DNA of 49,519 nt, from positions 1-49,519 of the forward strand of contig JAPOPA010000355.1 in assembly GCA_026713145.1 (NCBI GenBank), given 5' to 3'. The DNA comes from Chloroflexota bacterium. Lineage in GTDB: Bacteria; Chloroflexota; Dehalococcoidia; Lucifugimonadales; VXLM01. The translations under genes were made by a program, and so were the position numbers. Shown here piece after piece: positions 1 to 7,980 of this stretch; the first letter of the stretch is position 1; each line of letters opens with the position of its first letter. Below the pieces are notes generated by a model, which saw nothing but the letters and a program-made list of their open reading frames with translations, had not been told where the DNA came from and ran no database searches.

Positions 1-54
1 CTCGATTCGACTGTCACATTCAGATTGAAACGGTACTATGGCCTTAGAATTTGA

Positions 55-84
55 GGGACATTTCGGGACATTTTGGGACATTCG
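55..84. repeat. Three in-phase tandem decamers (GGGACATTTC GGGACATTTT GGGACATTCG)
   Basis: Read directly: 55-64, 65-74 and 75-84 are head-to-tail copies that differ only in their last two bases. They lie in the AT-richer patch at the window start. Confidence 0.8.
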
Positions 85-172
85 GCCTCTTTCGCTCTTT
101 GATGGGAGCGGAGGTATTCCGGTTGACTGTATTGGTCGGATGTATTCATTGTGGCACGAATGTTCTGGTGTG

Positions 173-329
173 TCAAGTGGGGGGCTGTTCAGCGAATACG
201 AGCTTCACCGGTGGTGTAGTTTCGAAGACTGCCGGTCCGGTGGGCGGCAAGTCCAGCCTCAAGGTTGTCGGTATGGCCAGTATAGTAGGAGCCATCCGCA
301 CATTTCAGGATGTAGACGTAGAATCCCAA
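173..329 (-). pseudogene. Decayed GIY-YIG (URI-domain) nuclease gene
   Basis: My own minus-strand translation from TTG at 329 gives LGFYVYILKCADGSYYTGHTDNLEAGLAAHRTGSLRNYTT, then a stop at 189. The expected continuation PVKLVFAEQ is only readable in the +1 frame and stops at 173. There is no ATG start, and an in-frame stop lies 4 codons upstream of the TTG. It is not on the ORF track. Confidence 0.45.
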
Positions 330-420
330 CGGCTGACCTCAGCTTCCCAATAGCCTCACTCGCCTTGTGAGCTTAATACGTTCGTGGTTAGCTTGTCGAA
401 CCATGAAACACCCTTCGAGT

Positions 421-1689
421 CTAGACCAGGTCGCCCCGGTCGATGCGGGCGCCGTCCTTGAAGACGTCGAGGACGTTGGAGAGGGCGGCGATGTCGTCGG
501 AGGGGTCGCCGTGGACGACGAGGAGGTCGGCCAGCTTGCCGGGTTGAAGGGTGCCGAGGGAGTCGTCGACCCAGCAGGACTTCGCGGCGTCGCCGGTGGC
601 GGAAACGACGGCCTGGAGCGGTGAGAGTCCGGCCTCGGTGTGGGCCTGCACCTCGTCCTGGAAGGTGCCCATGGGGAGGAACGACCATGCGGCGTCGGAC
701 CCCGCGGTGAGCCTGACGCCGGCGTCGACCATGCGGGCGACCTGGTCGTAGCGGATCTCCTGGAGTCGGTTGCCGTCGTCGAGGTCGGCCTGCTCCTGCG
801 GCGTGAGGCCGTCGGTGCGGGCCTTCTCCTCCAGCCGCCAGAGGCGGTTGCGCCCCTGGTGCATGGTGGGGTTGACGAAGACGCCCTGCTCGGCGATGCG
901 GTCCGCCAATTCGGGGCGGTAGAGGAACGAGCCGTCGGGCTCCTTGAAGTAGGCGTGGATGATGGTGTCGATGCCGGCGTCGAGGGCGTTGACCATGCCC
1001 TGCGAGGATGCGCAGTGCGCGGCGGCGTGCTTGCCGAACTTGTGGGCCTCCTCGATGATGGCGGTGAGCTCGTCGACGTTAAAGGAGGGGAGGTTGGGGT
1101 GCGAGGTGGCGGTGCTGCCGCCGGTGGCGGTGATCTTGATGAAGTCGGCGCCTTCCTTGATGAGCTGACGGACGGCTGCGCGGCACTGGTCGACGCCGGT
1201 CGCCTCGATGCCGAAGTAGCTGAGGTGTCCGCCGACGATGGCCATGGGCCTGCCGGAGAGGAGGAGCCGGGGGCCGGTGGCGATGCCCATGTCCATGGCC
1301 TGCCGGAGGAGGAAGGTGGTGCGATTCTTCGCTCCGCAGTCGCGGACGGTGGTGACGCCTGAGTGGAGGTGTAGGCGGGCGTTCTCGGCGGCCTGGACGG
1401 TGAGTATCTCGTCCGGCAGGGTGACGAGGTCGTCCCCCTTGCGCCCGTCGCCGATGCCGATGAGGTGGACGTGGGAGTCGATGAGGCCGGGGAGGACGGT
1501 CGCGTGGGGGTAGTCGTGCGCGTCGACGGGGGCTCCCTCGGGGGGCACGACGGGGTCGCGGGGCCCAACGGCGACGATGGCGTCCCCCTTGATGAGGACG
1601 GCGCCGCGTTCGATGGGGGGCGCGCCGTCGCCGTCGATGAGGCGGTCCGCCGTGATGAGGGTGAATCGGTCGCCGGGGTCGTTGGTCAT
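421..1689 (-). CDS. Metal-dependent amidohydrolase family protein
   Basis: 422-aa ORF with an ATG at 1689. The N-terminal beta-sandwich runs into 'LPGLIDSHVHL' (HxH metal motif), followed by further His/Asp positions typical of the amidohydrolase TIM barrel. Confidence 0.85.
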   Translation of the reverse strand: MTNDPGDRFTLITADRLIDGDGAPPIERGAVLIKGDAIVAVGPRDPVVPPEGAPVDAHDYPHATVLPGLIDSHVHLIGIGDGRKGDDLVTLPDEILTVQAAENARLHLHSGVTTVRDCGAKNRTTFLLRQAMDMGIATGPRLLLSGRPMAIVGGHLSYFGIEATGVDQCRAAVRQLIKEGADFIKITATGGSTATSHPNLPSFNVDELTAIIEEAHKFGKHAAAHCASSQGMVNALDAGIDTIIHAYFKEPDGSFLYRPELADRIAEQGVFVNPTMHQGRNRLWRLEEKARTDGLTPQEQADLDDGNRLQEIRYDQVARMVDAGVRLTAGSDAAWSFLPMGTFQDEVQAHTEAGLSPLQAVVSATGDAAKSCWVDDSLGTLQPGKLADLLVVHGDPSDDIAALSNVLDVFKDGARIDRGDLV

Positions 1690-1699
1690 TGGGGCCTCT

Positions 1700-2530
1700 C
1701 TAGGTGTTGCCTGAGGTCTTGGTGGGGTCGTCCTTGCAGTAGCGTGAGCCTTCGTTGCCCATGCGGTCGGGCGCGTAGTTGATGAACTGGCGGCAGTGGC
1801 CGATCTTGCCGTCCTCGATGGCCTGGTTGACCAGCGTAGCGACGTTCTCGCTGACCCAGTCCATCCACAAGGCGTACTCCCGCTTGAGGAGGTTCAGGCC
1901 GACGACGTTTTCCTTCAAGCCGATCCTCCCGCCCCGGATCATGGCGGCCTGCTTGGTCAGCAGCTCCGCCTCGATGGTCATGGTTTCCAGCAGCCGTACC
2001 ACGTCCGGCGCACGCTGGTTCATGCTGGGATGGATGACCACCGCAAGCGTGGCGTCCACCGGCGACGGGTTGGCGAGCCGGAAGAGCTTCCCGGCTCCCG
2101 ACTGCTCCTTGGCCCAGTCGCCGTCCGCCGCGATGACGATGTCCACGTCGTTTGCGAGCAGGGGTTCCTGGTACGCGCCGTCCTCCACGTCGATGACGCG
2201 GATCGGGCGGTCGAGCCCGTGGGCGATGATGTACGCCGCGACCCAGTTCACCAGCTTGACGGAATTGTCGTCCCAGTTGGCGAACTTGATGAGCTCGTCC
2301 TTCGGCGGAGGCTGCGGCCCCTGGTTCTCCTCCTCGGCGGCCTCGGTCGCAGCAGAGTCCGTAGGTTGTGCGGTGGCCTCGGGTTGCGATGGAGCGACGG
2401 GGGCCGTTGACCGTGCGGTGGGGGCCGGTTCTTCGCGGGTGGGCGTCTCCTCGGCGCTACCGCAGGCGATGGTCAGGGCGGCAATCAGAACGGCGGCGGC
2501 TATGACGTTGGGAAGCGACATCTCCCTCAC
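1700..2530 (-). CDS. Lipoprotein, OpuAC/ProX-like substrate-binding domain (tentative)
   Basis: 276-aa ORF with signal peptide and lipobox 'LTIACGS', then an acidic/Pro linker. The domain carries Trp-rich 'FANWDDNS..VNWVAAYI..DVDIVIAADGDW', reminiscent of glycine-betaine-type binding proteins. The start is GTG 2530 or ATG 2521. No ABC permease or ATPase is adjacent. Confidence 0.6.
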   Translation of the reverse strand: MREMSLPNVIAAAVLIAALTIACGSAEETPTREEPAPTARSTAPVAPSQPEATAQPTDSAATEAAEEENQGPQPPPKDELIKFANWDDNSVKLVNWVAAYIIAHGLDRPIRVIDVEDGAYQEPLLANDVDIVIAADGDWAKEQSGAGKLFRLANPSPVDATLAVVIHPSMNQRAPDVVRLLETMTIEAELLTKQAAMIRGGRIGLKENVVGLNLLKREYALWMDWVSENVATLVNQAIEDGKIGHCRQFINYAPDRMGNEGSRYCKDDPTKTSGNT

Positions 2531-2572
2531 CTCGCTTTCACGTCTTGCGGATCGGTGTGCGTCCGCTATGTG

Positions 2573-4129
2573 CTATGTCCAGTTCGTAGGCCGGTACTGG
2601 AGCGCCTCGGCCAGGTGCGCGATATCGATTTCGTCAGAGCCGCTGAGGTCGGCAATCGTGCGGGCGAGCTTCTGGACACGATGGAACCCCCGGGCCGAGA
2701 GGTGCATGTGCTTCATCGCCGACCGCATCAGCGACTGCGCGGCCTCGTCAAGCTGGCAGTACTCCCACACCTCGACCGGCCCCATCTCGGAGTTTGTAAT
2801 CAGGCTCGTACCCTCGAAGCGCCTCCGCTGTGCGTCTCTCGCCGACTTGATACGTTCGCTCACCTGCCGGGATGTTTCCGTGTTCGGCGGCGCGACGAGC
2901 TTATCGTACTCTATGCGCGGCACCTCGACAAACACGTCGATGCGGTCGAGGAGCGGACCACTGATCCGCCCTTTGTACCGGCTGACCTGCGAGGCGCTGC
3001 ATATGCACTCCTTCGTCGGATCGGCGTAGTAGCCGCACGGACACGGGTTCATAGCTCCCACGAGGATGAAGCTCGCCGGGTACGTGATGCTGCCCTTCGC
3101 TCGGCTTATCGTCACGATCTTGTCCTCGATGGGCTGACGCAGCACCTCGAGCACAGTGTGCCCGAACTCCGGCAGCTCGTCGAGGAAGAGGACTCCCCGG
3201 TGGCTGAGGGTGATCTCACCCGGCTTGGGAATGGAACCGCCGCCCACGAGACCAGCGTTGGATATCGTGTAGTGGGGCGACCGGAAGGGCCGGTAGCTGA
3301 TAAGGGGCGAGGACGAGGGCAGCAGACCGGAAACGCTGTAGATCTTGGTCACTTCCAAGGCTTCGTTGTTTGTGAGCGCCGGCATGATGGACGGCATCGA
3401 CCGAGCGAGGAGGGTCTTGCCGCTTCCGGGGGGACCACTCATGAGCAGGTTGTGCCCTCCGGCCGCAGCGACCTCCAGAGCGCGCTTGGCGTGTTCCTGC
3501 CCGCGTATGTCGGCGAGGTCAGCCCCACCCGGCGCCCCGGCGCCATTGGTCGCGGACTCTTCTACGTCGAATGCGTGACCGTCGACCGGGGCCACTCGCC
3601 GCGACCATGGCAGTATCTGCTCTTCGCCGCGAAGGTGGGCCACCGCCTGCGCCAAGGTGCGGACGGGAATGACCTCCATTCCGTCCACGAGTGCGGCTTC
3701 GGGGGCGTTAGCCTCCGGGACGAAGACTCGCTGGAACCCTTCCTCCTTGGCGACGGCGGTCATCGACAGGATTCCATTGGTGTGCCGGAGCTGACCGTCC
3801 AGCGCCAGTTCGCCGAGGAACATGGTCAGCGCTGGGGTGCCGGAGAGCTGCCCCGACCCCTTGAGAACAGCCAGGGCTATTGGCAGGTCGTAGGACGGCC
3901 CCGCCTTTCGTAGGTCTGCGGGAGCCAGACTGGCGGCGATGCGTCGCATGGGAAACTCGCAGCCGGAGTTTCGAATGGCCGCGCGGACTCTCTCACGCGC
4001 CTCCTGAACCGCCGTGTCGGGCAGTCCCACGACGTGGAACGCCGGGAGCCCTGGCGAAATGTCCACCTCGACTTCAACGATATACCCATCGAGTCCGACA
4101 ACGGCGCAGGTCAGCGTTTTTGCTAACAT
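2573..4129 (-). CDS. YifB/ComM family Mg-chelatase-like AAA+ ATPase
   Basis: 518-aa ORF. N-terminus 'VVGLDGYIVEVEVDISPGLPAFHVVGLPDTAVQEARERVRAAI', Walker A 'GPPGSGKT', Walker B 'GVLFLDELPEF', and a C-terminal Zn-ribbon-like 'NPCPCGYY..C'. Confidence 0.9.
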   Translation of the reverse strand: MLAKTLTCAVVGLDGYIVEVEVDISPGLPAFHVVGLPDTAVQEARERVRAAIRNSGCEFPMRRIAASLAPADLRKAGPSYDLPIALAVLKGSGQLSGTPALTMFLGELALDGQLRHTNGILSMTAVAKEEGFQRVFVPEANAPEAALVDGMEVIPVRTLAQAVAHLRGEEQILPWSRRVAPVDGHAFDVEESATNGAGAPGGADLADIRGQEHAKRALEVAAAGGHNLLMSGPPGSGKTLLARSMPSIMPALTNNEALEVTKIYSVSGLLPSSSPLISYRPFRSPHYTISNAGLVGGGSIPKPGEITLSHRGVLFLDELPEFGHTVLEVLRQPIEDKIVTISRAKGSITYPASFILVGAMNPCPCGYYADPTKECICSASQVSRYKGRISGPLLDRIDVFVEVPRIEYDKLVAPPNTETSRQVSERIKSARDAQRRRFEGTSLITNSEMGPVEVWEYCQLDEAAQSLMRSAMKHMHLSARGFHRVQKLARTIADLSGSDEIDIAHLAEALQYRPTNWT

Positions 4130-4168
4130 GTGAAGAATTTATGAATACCTAGCTCAGGATTGGCCGGT

Positions 4169-4174
4169 ATTATA
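4169..4174 (-). promoter_or_regulatory. Candidate -10 box (TG directly followed by TATAAT) upstream of the yifB/comM-like gene
   Basis: The minus strand reads TGTATAAT 39 nt upstream of the ATG at 4129, in an AT-rich intergenic gap. No convincing -35 was seen. Confidence 0.3.
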
Positions 4175-4232
4175 CAGGGCTCTTCACCAAAGCGTTGGTC
4201 GAAGTTCCGACGATCGTGAAGAAATCGTTAGC

Positions 4233-5927
4233 CTAAAACGGCTGGGGCACCGCGCTTTTCCAGCGGTCGACTGCCGCCTGACCCCTGGGGCTGATGGCGC
4301 GCTGCACCTCGATGTTGACGAGGGAGGGACGGCCACAGTTCACGGCGCGGTCGAGAGCGTCGGGGAGATCGGCGGGGTCCTGGACGTACAGCCCCTCACC
4401 GCCGAGGGACTCGACGAGGTGGTCGTAACGCACGGGCAGGAGGTCGGTTGCCACGGGGTTGCCGTAGACCTGCAACTGTATCTGCCGGTCGATGCCCCAC
4501 GACGCGTCGTTGCCGAGCACGGTCGTGATAGCGATGCCGTGCCGAACGGCGGTGTCGTACTCCAGCGCGTTGAAGCCGAACGCACCGTCTCCTGAGATCA
4601 CGATGGCCCTCCTGTCCGGATGCGCGAGTTTGGCCGCCATCGCGGTGGATATGGCGGTCCCCAGCATCCCCAGCCCGGAGAAGTACGACCACGTTCGCGG
4701 CGTCCTCGCGGGAAGGTACGCACGCCCCCAGTGGCAGAAGTCGCCACCGTCGAAGACGAGGAAATCGCCACCGTCGATCAGGGAGAGGAGAGTCTTGTGG
4801 ACGTGGAGGGCGTGAATTGGGACGGAAGGCTGGGCCAGCACCTCCATCTCGGCAACCTGCTCAGCCCTAGCCTCACGGAGCTCGTCGAGCCAGGGGAGGT
4901 CGCGCCATGTATGCTTGGCGGCCTCTGCGGTTAGCCGTGCGGTCACGTCCTGGACATCCCCGACGATCCCGACCGCGACCTCGCGGTTGCGCCCGATCTC
5001 TCTCGGCGAGGGGTCTACTTGAACGATCTTGGCATCGGGCGAGACGGTGGGAGGGCGGGTATAGCCGATGATGATGTCCTGCTTCATGCCGAGCAGCAGG
5101 ATAACGTCGGCCTCGCGCAGCTTGCGAGCCGCCCGGTTAAGGCCGTTATCGTAGAAGCCCATGCTGTAACGGTGCTCGTCCGACACCAGCCCGCGAGCGG
5201 AAGACTCGGTCATCAGTGGGATGCGAGTCGTTTCGATGAACCTCTGGAGGGTCTGCCCGCTCCCGGAGTACGACGCCGCGCTCCCCGCGATGATGAGCGG
5301 CCGCTCCGCCGACTTTAGCAGGGCAACGGCCTGAGTGACCTCCTCGTCTGTAGGGGACGTTATTGCATCAGGCCGGTACTCGTGCAACTGAGGGATCTTG
5401 ACCTCACTCTGCGACACTTCCCGTTCCTGGATGTCGATGGGGACCGTGACGTGAACAGGGCCGCGGCGGCCCGAATAGGCGGTACGCAAGGCCTCCGCGA
5501 TCATGCCGGGAATGCTCCGACCGTCGGTGACCATAGCGGCGCTCTTGGTGACGGGCTTTGCCATTCCGATCTGGTCGATCTCCTGCATGGCGCCCTGTCC
5601 CAGTTCGCTGAGCGGGGCCGAGCCGGAGATTGAGAGAAGCGGGGCCTCCGAGTACATGGCGCTGCTCAGGCCGGGGATGCCGTTGGCGAATCCCGGTGTC
5701 GTGTAGGTCACGACGCCCGGCTCACCGGTCACTCTCGCCCATGCGTCGGCCATGTGGACGGCCGCGGCCTCGTGACGGGTGTCGATGATGCGGAAGTCCA
5801 TGTCCGCGAGGGCATCGAGAAGAGGCAGATTGTGGTCGCCCGCGAGAGTGAACACGGTCGAGACCCCCGCTGCTCTGAGGGTCTTACCGATGAGATGACT
5901 GCCGGTCACGATATCGGCTGACGGCAT
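4233..5927 (-). CDS. Thiamine-pyrophosphate-dependent enzyme (acetolactate synthase large-subunit-like)
   Basis: 564-aa ORF. N-terminal TPP Pyr domain 'GVSTVFTLAGDHNLPLLDAL...RHEAAAVHMADAWAR', and a C-terminal TPP-binding 'ISGDGAFGFN' (GDG..N) motif. Confidence 0.85.
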   Translation of the reverse strand: MPSADIVTGSHLIGKTLRAAGVSTVFTLAGDHNLPLLDALADMDFRIIDTRHEAAAVHMADAWARVTGEPGVVTYTTPGFANGIPGLSSAMYSEAPLLSISGSAPLSELGQGAMQEIDQIGMAKPVTKSAAMVTDGRSIPGMIAEALRTAYSGRRGPVHVTVPIDIQEREVSQSEVKIPQLHEYRPDAITSPTDEEVTQAVALLKSAERPLIIAGSAASYSGSGQTLQRFIETTRIPLMTESSARGLVSDEHRYSMGFYDNGLNRAARKLREADVILLLGMKQDIIIGYTRPPTVSPDAKIVQVDPSPREIGRNREVAVGIVGDVQDVTARLTAEAAKHTWRDLPWLDELREARAEQVAEMEVLAQPSVPIHALHVHKTLLSLIDGGDFLVFDGGDFCHWGRAYLPARTPRTWSYFSGLGMLGTAISTAMAAKLAHPDRRAIVISGDGAFGFNALEYDTAVRHGIAITTVLGNDASWGIDRQIQLQVYGNPVATDLLPVRYDHLVESLGGEGLYVQDPADLPDALDRAVNCGRPSLVNIEVQRAISPRGQAAVDRWKSAVPQPF

Positions 5928-5975
5928 GAAGTGCTCCGTTGGTGTTGGAAGGGTTGGGTGCTGATCAGGCCGAGA

Positions 5976-6887
5976 TTACGCAAAGACATCCACGAACGGG
6001 TCAAGCTGATCGGGACGCTTGCAGCCGACGATGACGCTCGTCACGCCAGGCCGGTCGAGAAGCCACTTAACGGCATACTGCGTCGGCGTGAGAGATGCTG
6101 CCTCAGCCTCGCGCTCGAACTCCTCGATCCTGTCCCAAAGCTCGTCGTCCGGGTCGTCCAGCCACGACGACTCGTCGCCGCGACTCCCCGCTGGCGCTTC
6201 CTGACCACGCTTATACTTGCCCGTAAGCAGTCCGGCCTGCAGGGTGCGGTAGGGCGTGACTGCGATGTCGTACCGGATGCACGCTGGGATGTACGTCTCT
6301 TCGGAATCGCGCACGAGCCAGCTCAACTGCGGCTGCGCGATGACCGGCCGCGGCCAACCGTTCTCGTCGCAGAGGGCGATCATCCGGTGGATGTCATCAG
6401 GCTCGAAGTTCGAGAATCCCCAGTGCCGGACCTTGCCCGCATCTATCAGGCCCGCCATCGTGGCGATCGACTCTTCGAGCGGCGTGTCGGGATCATCACG
6501 GTGCATCTCGTAGATGTCGACGTAGTCGGTGCGGAGCCGTTCGAGACTGGCGTCGATCTGGTGGAGCATGTGGTCGCGTCCGAGCCCCGTACCGCTGTAG
6601 GAGTCGTCGCCGACAGGATTGCCGACCTTGGTTGTGATTACTGCCTTGTCCCTGCGACCCACGAGCGCGTTCCCGATGAACGCCTCCGACTTGCCGCCGG
6701 GAGAACCCAGGAACCGGGTGTAGCCTTCGTACATGTCCGCCGTGTCGATGAAGTTGAGGCCGTTCTCGAGGCACCAGTCAATGATGCTGTTAACGCCCTG
6801 CTGATCGACCGGGGTGCCGAAGGTCATCGTTCCGAGACAAACGACCGATACGTCAAGGTCGGTATTGGGTATCCTGCGCTGCTGCAT
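5976..6887 (-). CDS. Aldo/keto reductase
   Basis: 303-aa ORF with 'LGTMTFG...GLNFIDTADMYEGY', typical of the AKR N-terminus and active-site region. Confidence 0.9.
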   Translation of the reverse strand: MQQRRIPNTDLDVSVVCLGTMTFGTPVDQQGVNSIIDWCLENGLNFIDTADMYEGYTRFLGSPGGKSEAFIGNALVGRRDKAVITTKVGNPVGDDSYSGTGLGRDHMLHQIDASLERLRTDYVDIYEMHRDDPDTPLEESIATMAGLIDAGKVRHWGFSNFEPDDIHRMIALCDENGWPRPVIAQPQLSWLVRDSEETYIPACIRYDIAVTPYRTLQAGLLTGKYKRGQEAPAGSRGDESSWLDDPDDELWDRIEEFEREAEAASLTPTQYAVKWLLDRPGVTSVIVGCKRPDQLDPFVDVFA

Positions 6888-7027
6888 AGCTCACTCACCC
6901 GAAGGGGGTTCTGAAAATTGGGATGCTCCGTCCAATCGTCCGGGACGAAAGCATCGGCAAGCTATCAAAGCGCCTATGGGCTGTCAAGCGAGTCCGGGGC
7001 TTGAGTGGAGACCTCGGTCGTTTGGGA

Positions 7028-7822
7028 CTAAAGCCCCATCAGCTTGTCCAGACCGATGGTAAGGCCGGGACGATTCCTGATCTCGCGGATGGCGAGCATG
7101 ACGCCGGGCATGAAGCTCTCGCGATTGACCGAGTCGTGCTTGATGGAGAGCGTCTGGCCGACGTGGCCGAAGACCATCTCGTGGTGTGCAACCTTGCCCG
7201 GCATTCGCGCCGAGTGGATGACCACTCCCTCGTGGTCGCCGCCGCGCGTTCCGGCGATAAGCTCCTTCTCGGCTGCGGGTGCGTTGAAAGCGCCGCCCTT
7301 CGCCTCGGCAGCGGCGGCAGCGATGGCAAGAGCGGTACCGGACGGAGCGTCGATCTTTGCCTCGTGATGCGTCTCGATGAGGTCGGCGTAGTCGAAGAAG
7401 CGCGCGGCCTCTCTGACGAGGTGCATCATAACGGCCACGCCGATGGTGAAGTTCGGGGCGATGAAGATGCCGACGTTGTGCTCGGCGGCGAGCTTCTCGG
7501 CCCGCTCGATTGCGTCCGTCGGGATGCCGGTTGAGCCGATCACGAGGTGCTTGCCGCTGGCAGGCACGATACCGATGGCGTCGGCGGCTCCTTCTCCGTT
7601 TGTGAAGTCGACCACGACGTCCGCGTCGCCGATCACGTCTGCGAGTGAGGTCGAGATGGGGATCGTGCCGGAGCCACCCGGAATGGCAAGCGAGTCGACC
7701 TTCGCAAACTTGTCCATGCCGCCCACCGGCAGCATGTCGGGCTCTTTGGCGAGCGTGGCGATGATTTCCTGACCCATGCGCCCCAGCGCGCCCTGCACGG
7801 AAACTCGAATCTGCTCATTCAT
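7028..7822 (-). CDS. dapB: 4-hydroxy-tetrahydrodipicolinate reductase
   Basis: 264-aa ORF. Rossmann start 'RVSVQGALGRMGQ', and core 'IAPNFTIGV...ETHHEAKIDAPSGTA' (DapB E-x-HH-x-K-x-DAPSGTA signature). Confidence 0.85.
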   Translation of the reverse strand: MNEQIRVSVQGALGRMGQEIIATLAKEPDMLPVGGMDKFAKVDSLAIPGGSGTIPISTSLADVIGDADVVVDFTNGEGAADAIGIVPASGKHLVIGSTGIPTDAIERAEKLAAEHNVGIFIAPNFTIGVAVMMHLVREAARFFDYADLIETHHEAKIDAPSGTALAIAAAAAEAKGGAFNAPAAEKELIAGTRGGDHEGVVIHSARMPGKVAHHEMVFGHVGQTLSIKHDSVNRESFMPGVMLAIREIRNRPGLTIGLDKLMGL

Positions 7823-7860
7823 CGCAAGCCTCCCAATAGAGCGGTGCGATCATTGTAGTG

Positions 7861-7898
7861 CATATCATCACTCCCGCGAATGTGGGAGTGATGATATG
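7861..7898 (-). terminator. Perfect 15-bp stem / 8-nt loop hairpin between pnp and dapB (candidate 3' stabiliser, processing site or terminator)
   Basis: CATATCATCACTCCC (7861-7875), gcgaatgt, GGGAGTGATGATATG (7884-7898) are exact reverse complements. No U-tract follows on the minus strand, so the terminator role is uncertain. Confidence 0.4.
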
Positions 7899-7980
7899 GG
7901 TTCTTCCTGTACGTGTGTACTTGTTGGATTATGGCGCAGTCGTCATAGATGGATTCTACGGCCTGCGCGATCCGGCGCGC

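Noticed and set aside
38-370. Two overlapping plus-strand ORFs (110 and 100 aa) at the window start
   Set aside because: They have no recognisable motifs and lie antisense to the GIY-YIG remnant, which explains the open frames.
339-1568. 409-aa minus-strand ORF rich in Pro/Ser/Thr/Arg
   Set aside because: It overlaps the amidohydrolase gene in another frame. Its low-complexity P/S/T/R composition is typical of out-of-frame reading in GC-rich DNA, and it has no motifs.
1779-3913. Long plus-strand ORFs (416 aa at 1779-3029 and 452 aa at 2555-3913)
   Set aside because: They are antisense to the lipoprotein and YifB/ComM genes, which have clear family motifs. They are Arg/Ala/Ser-rich artefacts of high GC.
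5931-6914. 327-aa plus-strand ORF
   Set aside because: It is antisense to the aldo/keto reductase gene and has no motifs.
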